This document shows, piece by piece, positions 7,854 through 15,668 of a stretch of DNA of 64,000 nt; positions within the stretch are counted from its first letter, which is position 1, and every line of letters starts with the position of its first letter. A program made the position numbers and the translations under genes. Under the pieces are notes generated by a model. The model ran no database searches, had not been told where the DNA came from, and saw only the letters and a list, made by a program, of their open reading frames with translations. The stretch lies in the sequence record MW845758.1. One strand, written 5' to 3'.

Positions 7854-7907
7854 GAACTAGAACAAGACAGTGTCGATTTTCAGTTGTGTAGAGCGGTATT
7901 GCCCTAC
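7818..7907 (-). ncRNA. Candidate small RNA, unit A (about 90 nt), or processed helicase 3' UTR
   Basis: TATG at 7910-7907; 5' stem GUAGGGC/GCUCUAC starts at the G; ends at the terminator. Confidence 0.4.
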
Positions 7908-7965
7908 ATAGAAAACGAGGGCGGCACATCTAAACCACCCGAGAGCCGAAGCTCCCGGGCAGCTG

Positions 7966-9534
7966 TTAAAACAAATCGTCGCCCATGCCACCGGTGAAGT
8001 GGTTGATTGAAGGCGCGGAAATGGTTTCTTCTTTATCGCAATCCCAAGGTAGGATGCCAACGTCATGGAAGGGCAGCACTGTGTAGTGATGCTTCTCAGG
8101 CGTATCAATAATTGTGCGGTGTTTGCCTCGCTGCACTTCGAGGTAGCTGTGGCCGTTGACCACACGCTTGTTAAAGAACATTTCGCCATCCGCCTCGTTG
8201 TCAAGGCTGGTACAGTTGTCGTAGAGTCCACGACCTGGGAGGCTCTTACAGAAGCCTACTGGGTCAAGCGTACGCGCTTGTTTACCCGCGGGTGATATTT
8301 GATGCGGTGCAAGGGCAAAGCCTCGCTGACGGACCACCATGATGTTACGGACGATGCGGTAGATTTCTTTTATGTCTGTACCTGCAATACCGTTACCGTG
8401 GCCTGCCTTGTTAATCGTGCCGAAGTAATCGCCACGCAACCCAACAACATGGAATCCGCGAGTTTTCAAATCGGAAATCAGGTCATTGAGGTAATGAACT
8501 TTAAAGTCGGTGTTGGTGTGTTTCTGGAACACGTAATCCCAACCCTTCTGACGAATCTTACCACAGAGGTAATCCGCCATTGCTTGCGTATGAGCTTTCT
8601 GCTCTTCCGGTGTCAGATTCTCCGGAGCAGTCATCTGAGGCGCAACGCCTTCGAAGTGTCCGTGAATCGCTTGGTAACCGTAAGCGATGTTTACATCCAA
8701 TTCATTCTCAAACGACAAATCCAGAATACACGGTTGCAGTGTACCCTTCACATCGACCATGACTTCTTCAGGTGTGTTGAAGATAGGCAGGCTTAACGAC
8801 GTCAACAAACTGAACAGCGATTTACAGTTAAACGGTAGGGCCGGCATTAACCACAGTTCTTCGGTTAAACCTTTGTTACAACCGAGCATGGCATTAATAC
8901 CTTTCCATCCGGTTTGTAATCCGTTACCTGCTGCTTTCTTGTTGATACTGTCAAACACTTTCACAAATGGTGCGGTGTTATTTGTCACGAGCTCATTGAC
9001 AAGACTTGGAATCTTATTATGAGAACGTTCACCGAACGTGGAGAGTGAGTCACGTAGTTCGTTAACAGCGGTCGACAGGTCGATACGTTGTTCGGTGCCA
9101 TTCAAAGCACCGAGGGCGCGACCCAGCTTTTGTTTTAGTTGGACACCCTGCAACGCATGACGCATTTGATAATACTGTTGGCTCACGACTTTTTGCAGAT
9201 ACTGCAAACGAGCCTCAGGGTCGGTTGGTGTGTCTTCGTCCTCTTCCATGTTTTTAACAATGGAATCATATAGGGGACGGGTTTGCGTCGTCGCCAACCT
9301 GACACGCTTCATGACCTGTGAATGGTCGTACTCGACACCATGGTCAACAATCGATGTGATGATGTCTTTGATCTCGGCTAAGGCGGAACGTTCGTCGCCT
9401 TCTTCGATGAACTCAGGCAGCCTAGCTTCCTGCAGCACTTTTCTTATGACGTCGTGGTCTTTGACCGGGTCACTAAGAAGGCTCTCCGCGTGTAGCGTAG
9501 CTAAGGCTGTAATCAACATCATTTTACTATTCAT
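7966..9534 (-). CDS. dnaB: DnaB-like replicative helicase (phiKZ gp118-type)
   Basis: GLQTGWKGINAMLG, degenerate Walker A ALPFNCKS, Walker B RGDYF, HQIS, DNEAD and RGKHR motifs; divergent from the capsid operon as in phiKZ-like phages. Confidence 0.85.
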   Translation of the reverse strand: MNSKMMLITALATLHAESLLSDPVKDHDVIRKVLQEARLPEFIEEGDERSALAEIKDIITSIVDHGVEYDHSQVMKRVRLATTQTRPLYDSIVKNMEEDEDTPTDPEARLQYLQKVVSQQYYQMRHALQGVQLKQKLGRALGALNGTEQRIDLSTAVNELRDSLSTFGERSHNKIPSLVNELVTNNTAPFVKVFDSINKKAAGNGLQTGWKGINAMLGCNKGLTEELWLMPALPFNCKSLFSLLTSLSLPIFNTPEEVMVDVKGTLQPCILDLSFENELDVNIAYGYQAIHGHFEGVAPQMTAPENLTPEEQKAHTQAMADYLCGKIRQKGWDYVFQKHTNTDFKVHYLNDLISDLKTRGFHVVGLRGDYFGTINKAGHGNGIAGTDIKEIYRIVRNIMVVRQRGFALAPHQISPAGKQARTLDPVGFCKSLPGRGLYDNCTSLDNEADGEMFFNKRVVNGHSYLEVQRGKHRTIIDTPEKHHYTVLPFHDVGILPWDCDKEETISAPSINHFTGGMGDDLF

Positions 9535-9547
9535 GGAGCATCCTTCA

Positions 9548-10081
9548 ATGCGAATTCGTTTTAACCCATCGTGGGTGGATCAACCTAACATAGATAATGC
9601 GTCGGCCAGTAAAAAGTTAGAAGAGCTACAAGCGGAGTTCTTTAACTGGTTATATGACTGCCCACAGGGTTTCAGTTCCAAGCTTTTACCGGAACAATCC
9701 CCCGTTGCATTGTTTAAATCGTTTATGGCGGTTGACCCCGGCCCCATCAAATATTATGACCAAGTGCTGAACTTGGTTGAAAGAGGTACGGATTCCTCGC
9801 TGGCCGATTTATATGGGCTAACGTGCTCCGGGTCGTTGCGTTGGGTGTTTTCCCAGTGTAATGATATGATTGTCGCTAAATTGTCTGAAGCGGAACCCCA
9901 CCACTCACATGTGAGTTTTCCGATTGACGACGACAAGGCAGCAAAAAAGACGTTCTGCGCAGAACTTTTTAAATATGTGCGTACCAAGACTCGCGTCGTG
10001 GATGATTCGTTCAGCACTTCTACGCAGTTTGCTACACATCAGGTGCTGACGCAAATTTACGCATGTCATTTATTCAACTAG
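9548..10081 (+). CDS. Conserved hypothetical protein upstream of the major capsid gene
   Basis: GGAG RBS before ATG 9548; the track's extension to 9230 overlaps the helicase and is unlikely. Confidence 0.7.
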   Translation: MRIRFNPSWVDQPNIDNASASKKLEELQAEFFNWLYDCPQGFSSKLLPEQSPVALFKSFMAVDPGPIKYYDQVLNLVERGTDSSLADLYGLTCSGSLRWVFSQCNDMIVAKLSEAEPHHSHVSFPIDDDKAAKKTFCAELFKYVRTKTRVVDDSFSTSTQFATHQVLTQIYACHLFN

Positions 10082-10093
10082 AGAAATTTGAAG

Positions 10094-12427
10094 ATGATTA
10101 AAGATACTCGAATCTCCGCACTGGAGCAGCTTATCGACGCAGGCGACGCTCTGGTAATGGCACATAAAGGCCAGCAGGCTACCACGGATATGTGGCAGCA
10201 GGTTGTTGCAGGTGAGTCTATCCGCCGTACAGCAAACAACGGTTTCCGTGGTTTGTCCGATGCTGCGCAGGTTAAATACCAAGCTGCTACCGGTAAAGAC
10301 ATGTCGTTTGCTGCTCGTGTAGCATCAAGCATGATTCTGGCAGCGTCTGCTGACCCAGAAGAGTTCGCCACCAAAGTTGCTCGCGAATCCACTAACTCCA
10401 AGTATAATAGCTACATGGATGTTGGTTACCCGGGCAGCTCTGCAGGTGATGACTACGGCAAAAATCCATTTGTTGGTACCGAATACTACACCAACAAAGA
10501 TCTGGATAAAAACCTGGGCCTGACCTGGACTCTGAACGTGCGTGCACTGGAAACCCAGTCCAAGTTCGCAGAGACCCTGTTCCCAACCATCACCGTTGAA
10601 AGCAACGATGTTGGTATCACCGTGCGTACCAAAGTTACCACGGTAACTCGCGGTATCCTGAATGCACTGCTGGCGAAAGACAGCGTAGTTGACGATCGTC
10701 AGCCGCTGCACAACGCCCTGTCTAACCACAAAGTGCTGCAGGATGACGCAATCCGCATCGTACCTTACGTAATGGAAGACGGCGGCAACGCTGAGTTCTT
10801 CGTTCCGGAAGATGTGATTGCGAACGAAACCGTTCGTCTGGGCCGTGTACCAGCTTACCCAACCAACTACCTGAGCTTCGATAAGGCGACACTGAACCTG
10901 TTCCGCCTGTCTGCTCACCCGGGTATTGTGGCTGAAGGCTACGACGAAACCGACGAAATCGCGCCGGGTGCAGCTATGGGTCAAATCCTGCTGTCCGTGC
11001 GTAAAGCAGCTGAAGACGTTGCTGACGGTTCCCTGTTCAAACTGACTACTCGCGACATGCAATTCGCTAGCTTCCAGCGTCCTGCTGAAGGTGAAGGCCG
11101 TGAGCTGCTGCTGAACTTCCGTCACACCATCTTCTCCATGAACGGCGAAACGCTGGACTGGCAGGGCAATGCAATGCCTGCGCTGGACGCGTTGAAGCAG
11201 AACGACTACACCCTGCGTTACGTTGTTAGCATCACCATGAGCCTGTTCACCAACGGTCAGCGTTCTGGTCAGGTGGAAATCACTGGTAAGCAACTGCGTA
11301 TCGACTCTGTAGTTGATGGTACTGGCATGGCGCTGCCTATCGACAGCGGCTCTGTTAAAACCATCCTGGACAACATCAAAATCGATCTGGTCGGCTGGCG
11401 TTTCGACGGTACTCGTACCAACGAAAACCGTCGTACTCAGGGCCTGCTGCTGGACCCAGTTTGGGAACAAGAGAACTACAAGCTGCAATACGGTTCTCCA
11501 ATCCTGACCAAGTCTCCGGTTGGTGTTGAGTATGATGATGCTGAGCGTCTGGATGACCTCGTTTCTGCGGTTAACATCCGTAACGAAATGCTGGCCATCA
11601 CCCAGACCCTGAACTACACCGAAGCTGTACGCGACGTGTACAAAACCATGGTAACTCAGTGGGATAAACCTGCTATCCGTGGTCTGGGTCGTCACTGGGT
11701 TGGCGCATGGTACACCGAAAGCGATTACGACGTTTCTAAAGTTATCCAGTCTCTGGATACCAAAGACGCACTGATCAACGCCCGTCAGGGTCTGATGCAG
11801 CGTCTGGGCGATCAGGTTACTCGCGCAATCCAGGATAGCCGCTACATGCCGGCTCTGCGCCTGCTGACTGCTGACCCGAACGCACTGCCGAAAATCATCA
11901 TCGCGACTGATGAACCGACTGCTGCAATGCTGCTGCTGTGCATGGGTGAAACCCGTCTGCTCGGCGACCGCTACGAGTACGAAGTTATCACTACCAACGA
12001 TGACCGCTGGCGTGTGAAGAACGAAGAAGATGGCAGCTGGACTCGTCGTCTTCAGTGGATGCTGAAAGTTGCGAACGTGGAAGAAGGTTCTTACTGCGTT
12101 CTGAACTGGGGTAACCACTTCTGGTCACCAATCATGGTAACCAACATCAACATCCAGCGTAACGGTTCAACGTCTAAAGAACTGGCTGTGCAGCCGCGCA
12201 ACGCGCATATCTGCCACTGCCCGATCACTGGCGTTATCTGGGTTAAAGGTATCACCAAATTCGTTGAAGAGCGCCTGGCGTACTTCGTGAATGTGGTTGA
12301 CGACGGCACCACCAACACTGGCGGCACTAACGCTGGTGATGTAGGCGCTGGTCAGACTGGTACCGGAACTGGTACTGGTACCAATACCGGCTCTAACACT
12401 GGAACTGGTGCAGGCGCTGGCGCGTAA
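10094..12427 (+). CDS. Major capsid protein precursor (phiKZ gp120-type)
   Basis: About 777 aa; strongest high-expression codon bias in the window; G-T-E protease motif near residue 130; synteny helicase-X-capsid-nvRNAP-portal. Confidence 0.85.
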   Translation: MIKDTRISALEQLIDAGDALVMAHKGQQATTDMWQQVVAGESIRRTANNGFRGLSDAAQVKYQAATGKDMSFAARVASSMILAASADPEEFATKVARESTNSKYNSYMDVGYPGSSAGDDYGKNPFVGTEYYTNKDLDKNLGLTWTLNVRALETQSKFAETLFPTITVESNDVGITVRTKVTTVTRGILNALLAKDSVVDDRQPLHNALSNHKVLQDDAIRIVPYVMEDGGNAEFFVPEDVIANETVRLGRVPAYPTNYLSFDKATLNLFRLSAHPGIVAEGYDETDEIAPGAAMGQILLSVRKAAEDVADGSLFKLTTRDMQFASFQRPAEGEGRELLLNFRHTIFSMNGETLDWQGNAMPALDALKQNDYTLRYVVSITMSLFTNGQRSGQVEITGKQLRIDSVVDGTGMALPIDSGSVKTILDNIKIDLVGWRFDGTRTNENRRTQGLLLDPVWEQENYKLQYGSPILTKSPVGVEYDDAERLDDLVSAVNIRNEMLAITQTLNYTEAVRDVYKTMVTQWDKPAIRGLGRHWVGAWYTESDYDVSKVIQSLDTKDALINARQGLMQRLGDQVTRAIQDSRYMPALRLLTADPNALPKIIIATDEPTAAMLLLCMGETRLLGDRYEYEVITTNDDRWRVKNEEDGSWTRRLQWMLKVANVEEGSYCVLNWGNHFWSPIMVTNINIQRNGSTSKELAVQPRNAHICHCPITGVIWVKGITKFVEERLAYFVNVVDDGTTNTGGTNAGDVGAGQTGTGTGTGTNTGSNTGTGAGAGA

Positions 12428-12447
12428 GTCAGTAACTGTATAGAGAT

Positions 12448-12492
12448 ACCTACCTCCTTCGGGAGGTAGGTTTTTCTTTATTTTATTTTTTT
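12448..12492 (+). terminator. Intrinsic terminator
   Basis: ACCTACCTCC-TTCG-GGAGGTAGGT followed by a long T tract. Confidence 0.9.
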
Positions 12493-12493
12493 A

Positions 12494-12515
12494 GAGATAG
12501 ATGTTATCAATGTGC
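12494..12515 (+). promoter_or_regulatory. Putative early promoter, copy 2
   Basis: GAGATAGATGTTATCAATGTGC. Confidence 0.6.
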
Positions 12516-12545
12516 ACATTACACATTTTCTCTAAGGATAAATAA

Positions 12546-13232
12546 ATGAATGAATTACCGATTTTGATTCTCGACGTCAAAACGAAGATAAAACATCTTT
12601 GTGGTGGTCGTGTCGTTCAGCTGGAAGTGGACAATCTGATACCCTCACGCACGGTGGGCTTCGATGACCTAAATCCGCATGTCTATTTACGTAAGGTGGA
12701 GTTTGACGCATTAACCCGCTGGATTTCCATGCAGACGAACAAAGAATCATCTCGCGATCGTGACAACACCATGCTGTTGGCGGGTGTGGGGTTCTCAGTG
12801 GGTCACCCGTACGGCGACCCCGAAGCACGCAGTGAACTCGCTATTGAGTTAATGAAGAAAGCCGGTATCGTTCCTGATAACCCATTCGTCTTTATTAATG
12901 AAGAGGTTTGCAAGCACATTTCCGATAATCTGTACTTGGCCCGCGCACGCATTAGCGATCAGCACAGATACGCGTTGATTCGTGACAACCGCAGGGACGA
13001 AGGCGAGTACGTTCAGTTCTACAATACCGAGCTTAAAGCCTATACAGCGTTCTCACCACTGTCCAAAGCTTCGGTTACCATGGCCGATAGATTGATGGGT
13101 ATCATCGCCATGCAGACGGCACCAGACCGTGGCTACGACATTACGTTGCGTAACGGTATTGGTGAACTCAACATCTTACAACAAACCGATCGGTTAGCCC
13201 TCTCCAACATCATTGAAGACTTGATTCGCTAA
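12546..13232 (+). CDS. Hypothetical protein, possible paralog family member 1
   Basis: TAAGGA RBS; LRKVEFDALTRWI helix resembles the next two ORFs. Confidence 0.75.
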   Translation: MNELPILILDVKTKIKHLCGGRVVQLEVDNLIPSRTVGFDDLNPHVYLRKVEFDALTRWISMQTNKESSRDRDNTMLLAGVGFSVGHPYGDPEARSELAIELMKKAGIVPDNPFVFINEEVCKHISDNLYLARARISDQHRYALIRDNRRDEGEYVQFYNTELKAYTAFSPLSKASVTMADRLMGIIAMQTAPDRGYDITLRNGIGELNILQQTDRLALSNIIEDLIR

Positions 13233-13243
13233 GGAGTAACGCC

Positions 13244-13879
13244 ATGTTTGACATCAATATCAGTAAAATTGCTTCCATGGGTTACGACTCAGAAAGAAAA
13301 ACACACGTTATCATGATGTGGGTGAAGCCCGCTCATGGTGAGATGACCATTAAGCGCCCGTACGATGTCTCAGAGAACGAATACATCGCTATCTGTGGTT
13401 GGCTTCAACTTAACCTCACGCACGGCTACCACGTCTCTAAGGTGGATTATCACACGGTACTGTTTGAAACGGTTTCTTTCTTGTTTGCGTCGTTTGAAGA
13501 AATCAATCGACTACGTCAGGTGACTGAAACGTTCATCCAACAGGATTGGAAAGTGTCGACGGACGGCAACAACAGTTTCGAATGGGAGTGGGAAACACGT
13601 CCCGGTGAGTTTGGCTTTGCCTTTACCAGCGAGAAAGTCATGGCGTTGTACCGCAAGGTAAAGTCGTTTGTCCAACAGAAACACTACGTCACGCACGAAG
13701 AGTTGGCCAAAAAGCTCACAGACATCGCTCAGTCGGATTTGTTCCCGAAAGTCGACTACGAGTTACAGTTGCGTTGGCGAAGCGGTCAGGACGGCTTAGA
13801 GGGCGGCTACGTCACTTTAGGGCGTGTGGATAAGAACGACATCTGTGATTTAGGTAAACGTTTAGGAGTAAGTAAATGA
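13244..13879 (+). CDS. Hypothetical protein, paralog family member 2
   Basis: TAAGGAG RBS. Confidence 0.75.
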   Translation: MFDINISKIASMGYDSERKTHVIMMWVKPAHGEMTIKRPYDVSENEYIAICGWLQLNLTHGYHVSKVDYHTVLFETVSFLFASFEEINRLRQVTETFIQQDWKVSTDGNNSFEWEWETRPGEFGFAFTSEKVMALYRKVKSFVQQKHYVTHEELAKKLTDIAQSDLFPKVDYELQLRWRSGQDGLEGGYVTLGRVDKNDICDLGKRLGVSK

Positions 13880-14514
13880 CCGAAGTTAAATTACCAAATA
13901 TTGCCCACCTTGCCTATCGTGTGGATGTCGATGGGTATGTCCTCGTCATGAAATCGAATAAGTACAACGATCGTGAGAAGTGGACAGAAATTGCGCTGTC
14001 TGCTGTGGAAGCGGATGCGTTGGATACGTACCTGAATGTCCTCAAGAATGAGCTTTCAAAAACTGAGATTGATTACAGCACTGTTGCATGGCGTCGCCTC
14101 GTGTTGCCGAGTTTAACCATCGACTACACGAAGGATGAATATGATTCCTTTACAACCCGTTCTAAGTTGATAGCAACGGCTAAAGAAATCACCATCAGTA
14201 AACGCGGCGGTGATTTTGAAGCGCCATGGGCTATTCTCAACGACCGTCGCATTATCTCCAACGACGGTAATCTCGCATTAATAGCTCGTGGGAACGAAGT
14301 GGTATTATCGTGCGTTAATTACAGCGATGTCGATAACACTTTACCGCCCGGTCTTGATAACGTTGTAACATTGCTAGATAAAATCGCACAATTGAAATTG
14401 GTGGATCGCGCTGATGTCTTTTTAGAATGCGGTGCCGTGTTCCGTGCCAACATTGGTTGGGTGGATGTCAACTCAATGAATTACATCGTTGAGAAACTGA
14501 AATCCGGCAAGTAG
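13876..14514 (+). CDS. Hypothetical protein, paralog family member 3
   Basis: AGGAG RBS; ATGA overlap with the previous stop. Confidence 0.75.
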   Translation: MTEVKLPNIAHLAYRVDVDGYVLVMKSNKYNDREKWTEIALSAVEADALDTYLNVLKNELSKTEIDYSTVAWRRLVLPSLTIDYTKDEYDSFTTRSKLIATAKEITISKRGGDFEAPWAILNDRRIISNDGNLALIARGNEVVLSCVNYSDVDNTLPPGLDNVVTLLDKIAQLKLVDRADVFLECGAVFRANIGWVDVNSMNYIVEKLKSGK

Positions 14515-14520
14515 TGTTAA

Positions 14521-14558
14521 CCCCTAACCCGCGTGGTTAGGGGAATCTCTATTTTTTA
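14521..14558 (+). terminator. Intrinsic terminator
   Basis: CCCCTAACC-CGCGT-GGTTAGGGG followed by a T tract. Confidence 0.75.
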
Positions 14559-14578
14559 CGTCAGGGTTACACTCTATG
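14554..14578 (+). promoter_or_regulatory. Putative nvRNAP (TATG-type) promoter
   Basis: TTTTAC-N15-TATG. Confidence 0.55.
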
Positions 14579-14601
14579 TGCGCTCACGTTGTAAAGAAAA
14601 T

Positions 14602-14623
14602 GAGATAGATTTTATCTAGGTGA
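14602..14623 (+). promoter_or_regulatory. Putative early promoter, copy 3, upstream of the nvRNAP subunit operon
   Basis: GAGATAGATTTTATCTAGGTGA. Confidence 0.65.
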
Positions 14624-14652
14624 TACTGTTGGGTTAATTAACTGGATAGCCG

Positions 14653-15657
14653 ATGAATCGAATCGATTTAGACTTAGAGCCGACCGTCGTGCCGTGCCCG
14701 ATAAACCACGGAGCACTAACGAAGTCTATCACCTTTGTGAACAATACCAGCTTGCCCATTTACATCACTGACCCGACTGGGGCACATGTGTTGATTCATC
14801 CGCAGAATGATGTCATCTCAATGGATTCCATTGTGGTGTACGTTACGCATCGGGTGAGAAGTGGTGGAGGGAACTTGTCGGGTTTACTCGACGACGTCCC
14901 ACCGAAGATGGCATCTCAAATGGTGGAAGACTTTAAACGTCGTGGTGAGTGTACGGTGATGTACACCATAGGCGAGATTGACGCGTTACTGCGGGGTGAG
15001 TTGCTAACAGTGAAGAAGCTGGGTCTAGCTTTCTCGCTGAGTCCTGTAGGTGTCGATAGAACGCCTGTGCGTACATCAATGCGTAACAAGGCAAGCTTGG
15101 TGTTGGGTGTGGTGGTAGTGCAACGATATGGCGACCCGAGAGTCATTCGTTGGGTGCGTTATTACACTACTGTCATTGAAGTGGAACCGATGCGATCACG
15201 CTTCTTTGATGAAGGCGTGTATCTGACCATCTCAGGTGGGGAGTGTGCAGAAGAAGGCAGTATGTTGAAGTTCGGTTTCGATGAAGCGATAAGTCCGTTC
15301 CGCTGTTTCGAAACACGAGACGAGGCTAAAGCTTTTCGTTGGGAAGACACCCTTCCTGACATCCGTGATGCGCGTAAGCAGCTTGAAGCACAATTGGTGG
15401 ATAACCAAGCGTTGTTTGATGATCGCAAGCAAACCATGGAACTCGAGCACAAAACCCGCATGAATGAATTGGCCATCGAAAAAGAGAGGGTGCAGGCGTA
15501 TTACCGCGACCGTGAATTAGAAACGAAGCAAGTACAAGACGAGCGCAAAGACCATTACGAGAGCAAGTCCTATGTTCGCAAGGACGGCTCAGAAACCCTG
15601 AAAATGATACCTGCATTCCTTGCCGCCGGGCTTACGGTAGTGGGGTTGCTATTATAA
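14653..15657 (+). CDS. Conserved hypothetical protein with a C-terminal coiled coil and membrane anchor
   Basis: Charged helical C-terminal region followed by hydrophobic IPAFLAAGLTVVGLLL. Confidence 0.75.
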   Translation: MNRIDLDLEPTVVPCPINHGALTKSITFVNNTSLPIYITDPTGAHVLIHPQNDVISMDSIVVYVTHRVRSGGGNLSGLLDDVPPKMASQMVEDFKRRGECTVMYTIGEIDALLRGELLTVKKLGLAFSLSPVGVDRTPVRTSMRNKASLVLGVVVVQRYGDPRVIRWVRYYTTVIEVEPMRSRFFDEGVYLTISGGECAEEGSMLKFGFDEAISPFRCFETRDEAKAFRWEDTLPDIRDARKQLEAQLVDNQALFDDRKQTMELEHKTRMNELAIEKERVQAYYRDRELETKQVQDERKDHYESKSYVRKDGSETLKMIPAFLAAGLTVVGLLL

Positions 15658-15668
15658 AGAGGTGACGC

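Noticed and set aside
9230-9547. N-terminal extension of the ORF upstream of the capsid gene
   Set aside because: It overlaps the helicase antisense, and ATG 9548 has the RBS.
10325-12118. 597-aa ORF on the minus strand
   Set aside because: It is in-register antisense to the capsid gene. Strong codon bias suppresses antisense stops, and it has no RBS, promoter or protein-like composition.
12310-12425. GGTACT/GGAACT repeats as a DNA repeat element or CRISPR array
   Set aside because: They are imperfect codon repeats of a Gly-Thr peptide tail, with no fixed repeat-spacer structure. No CRISPR array was seen anywhere in the window.
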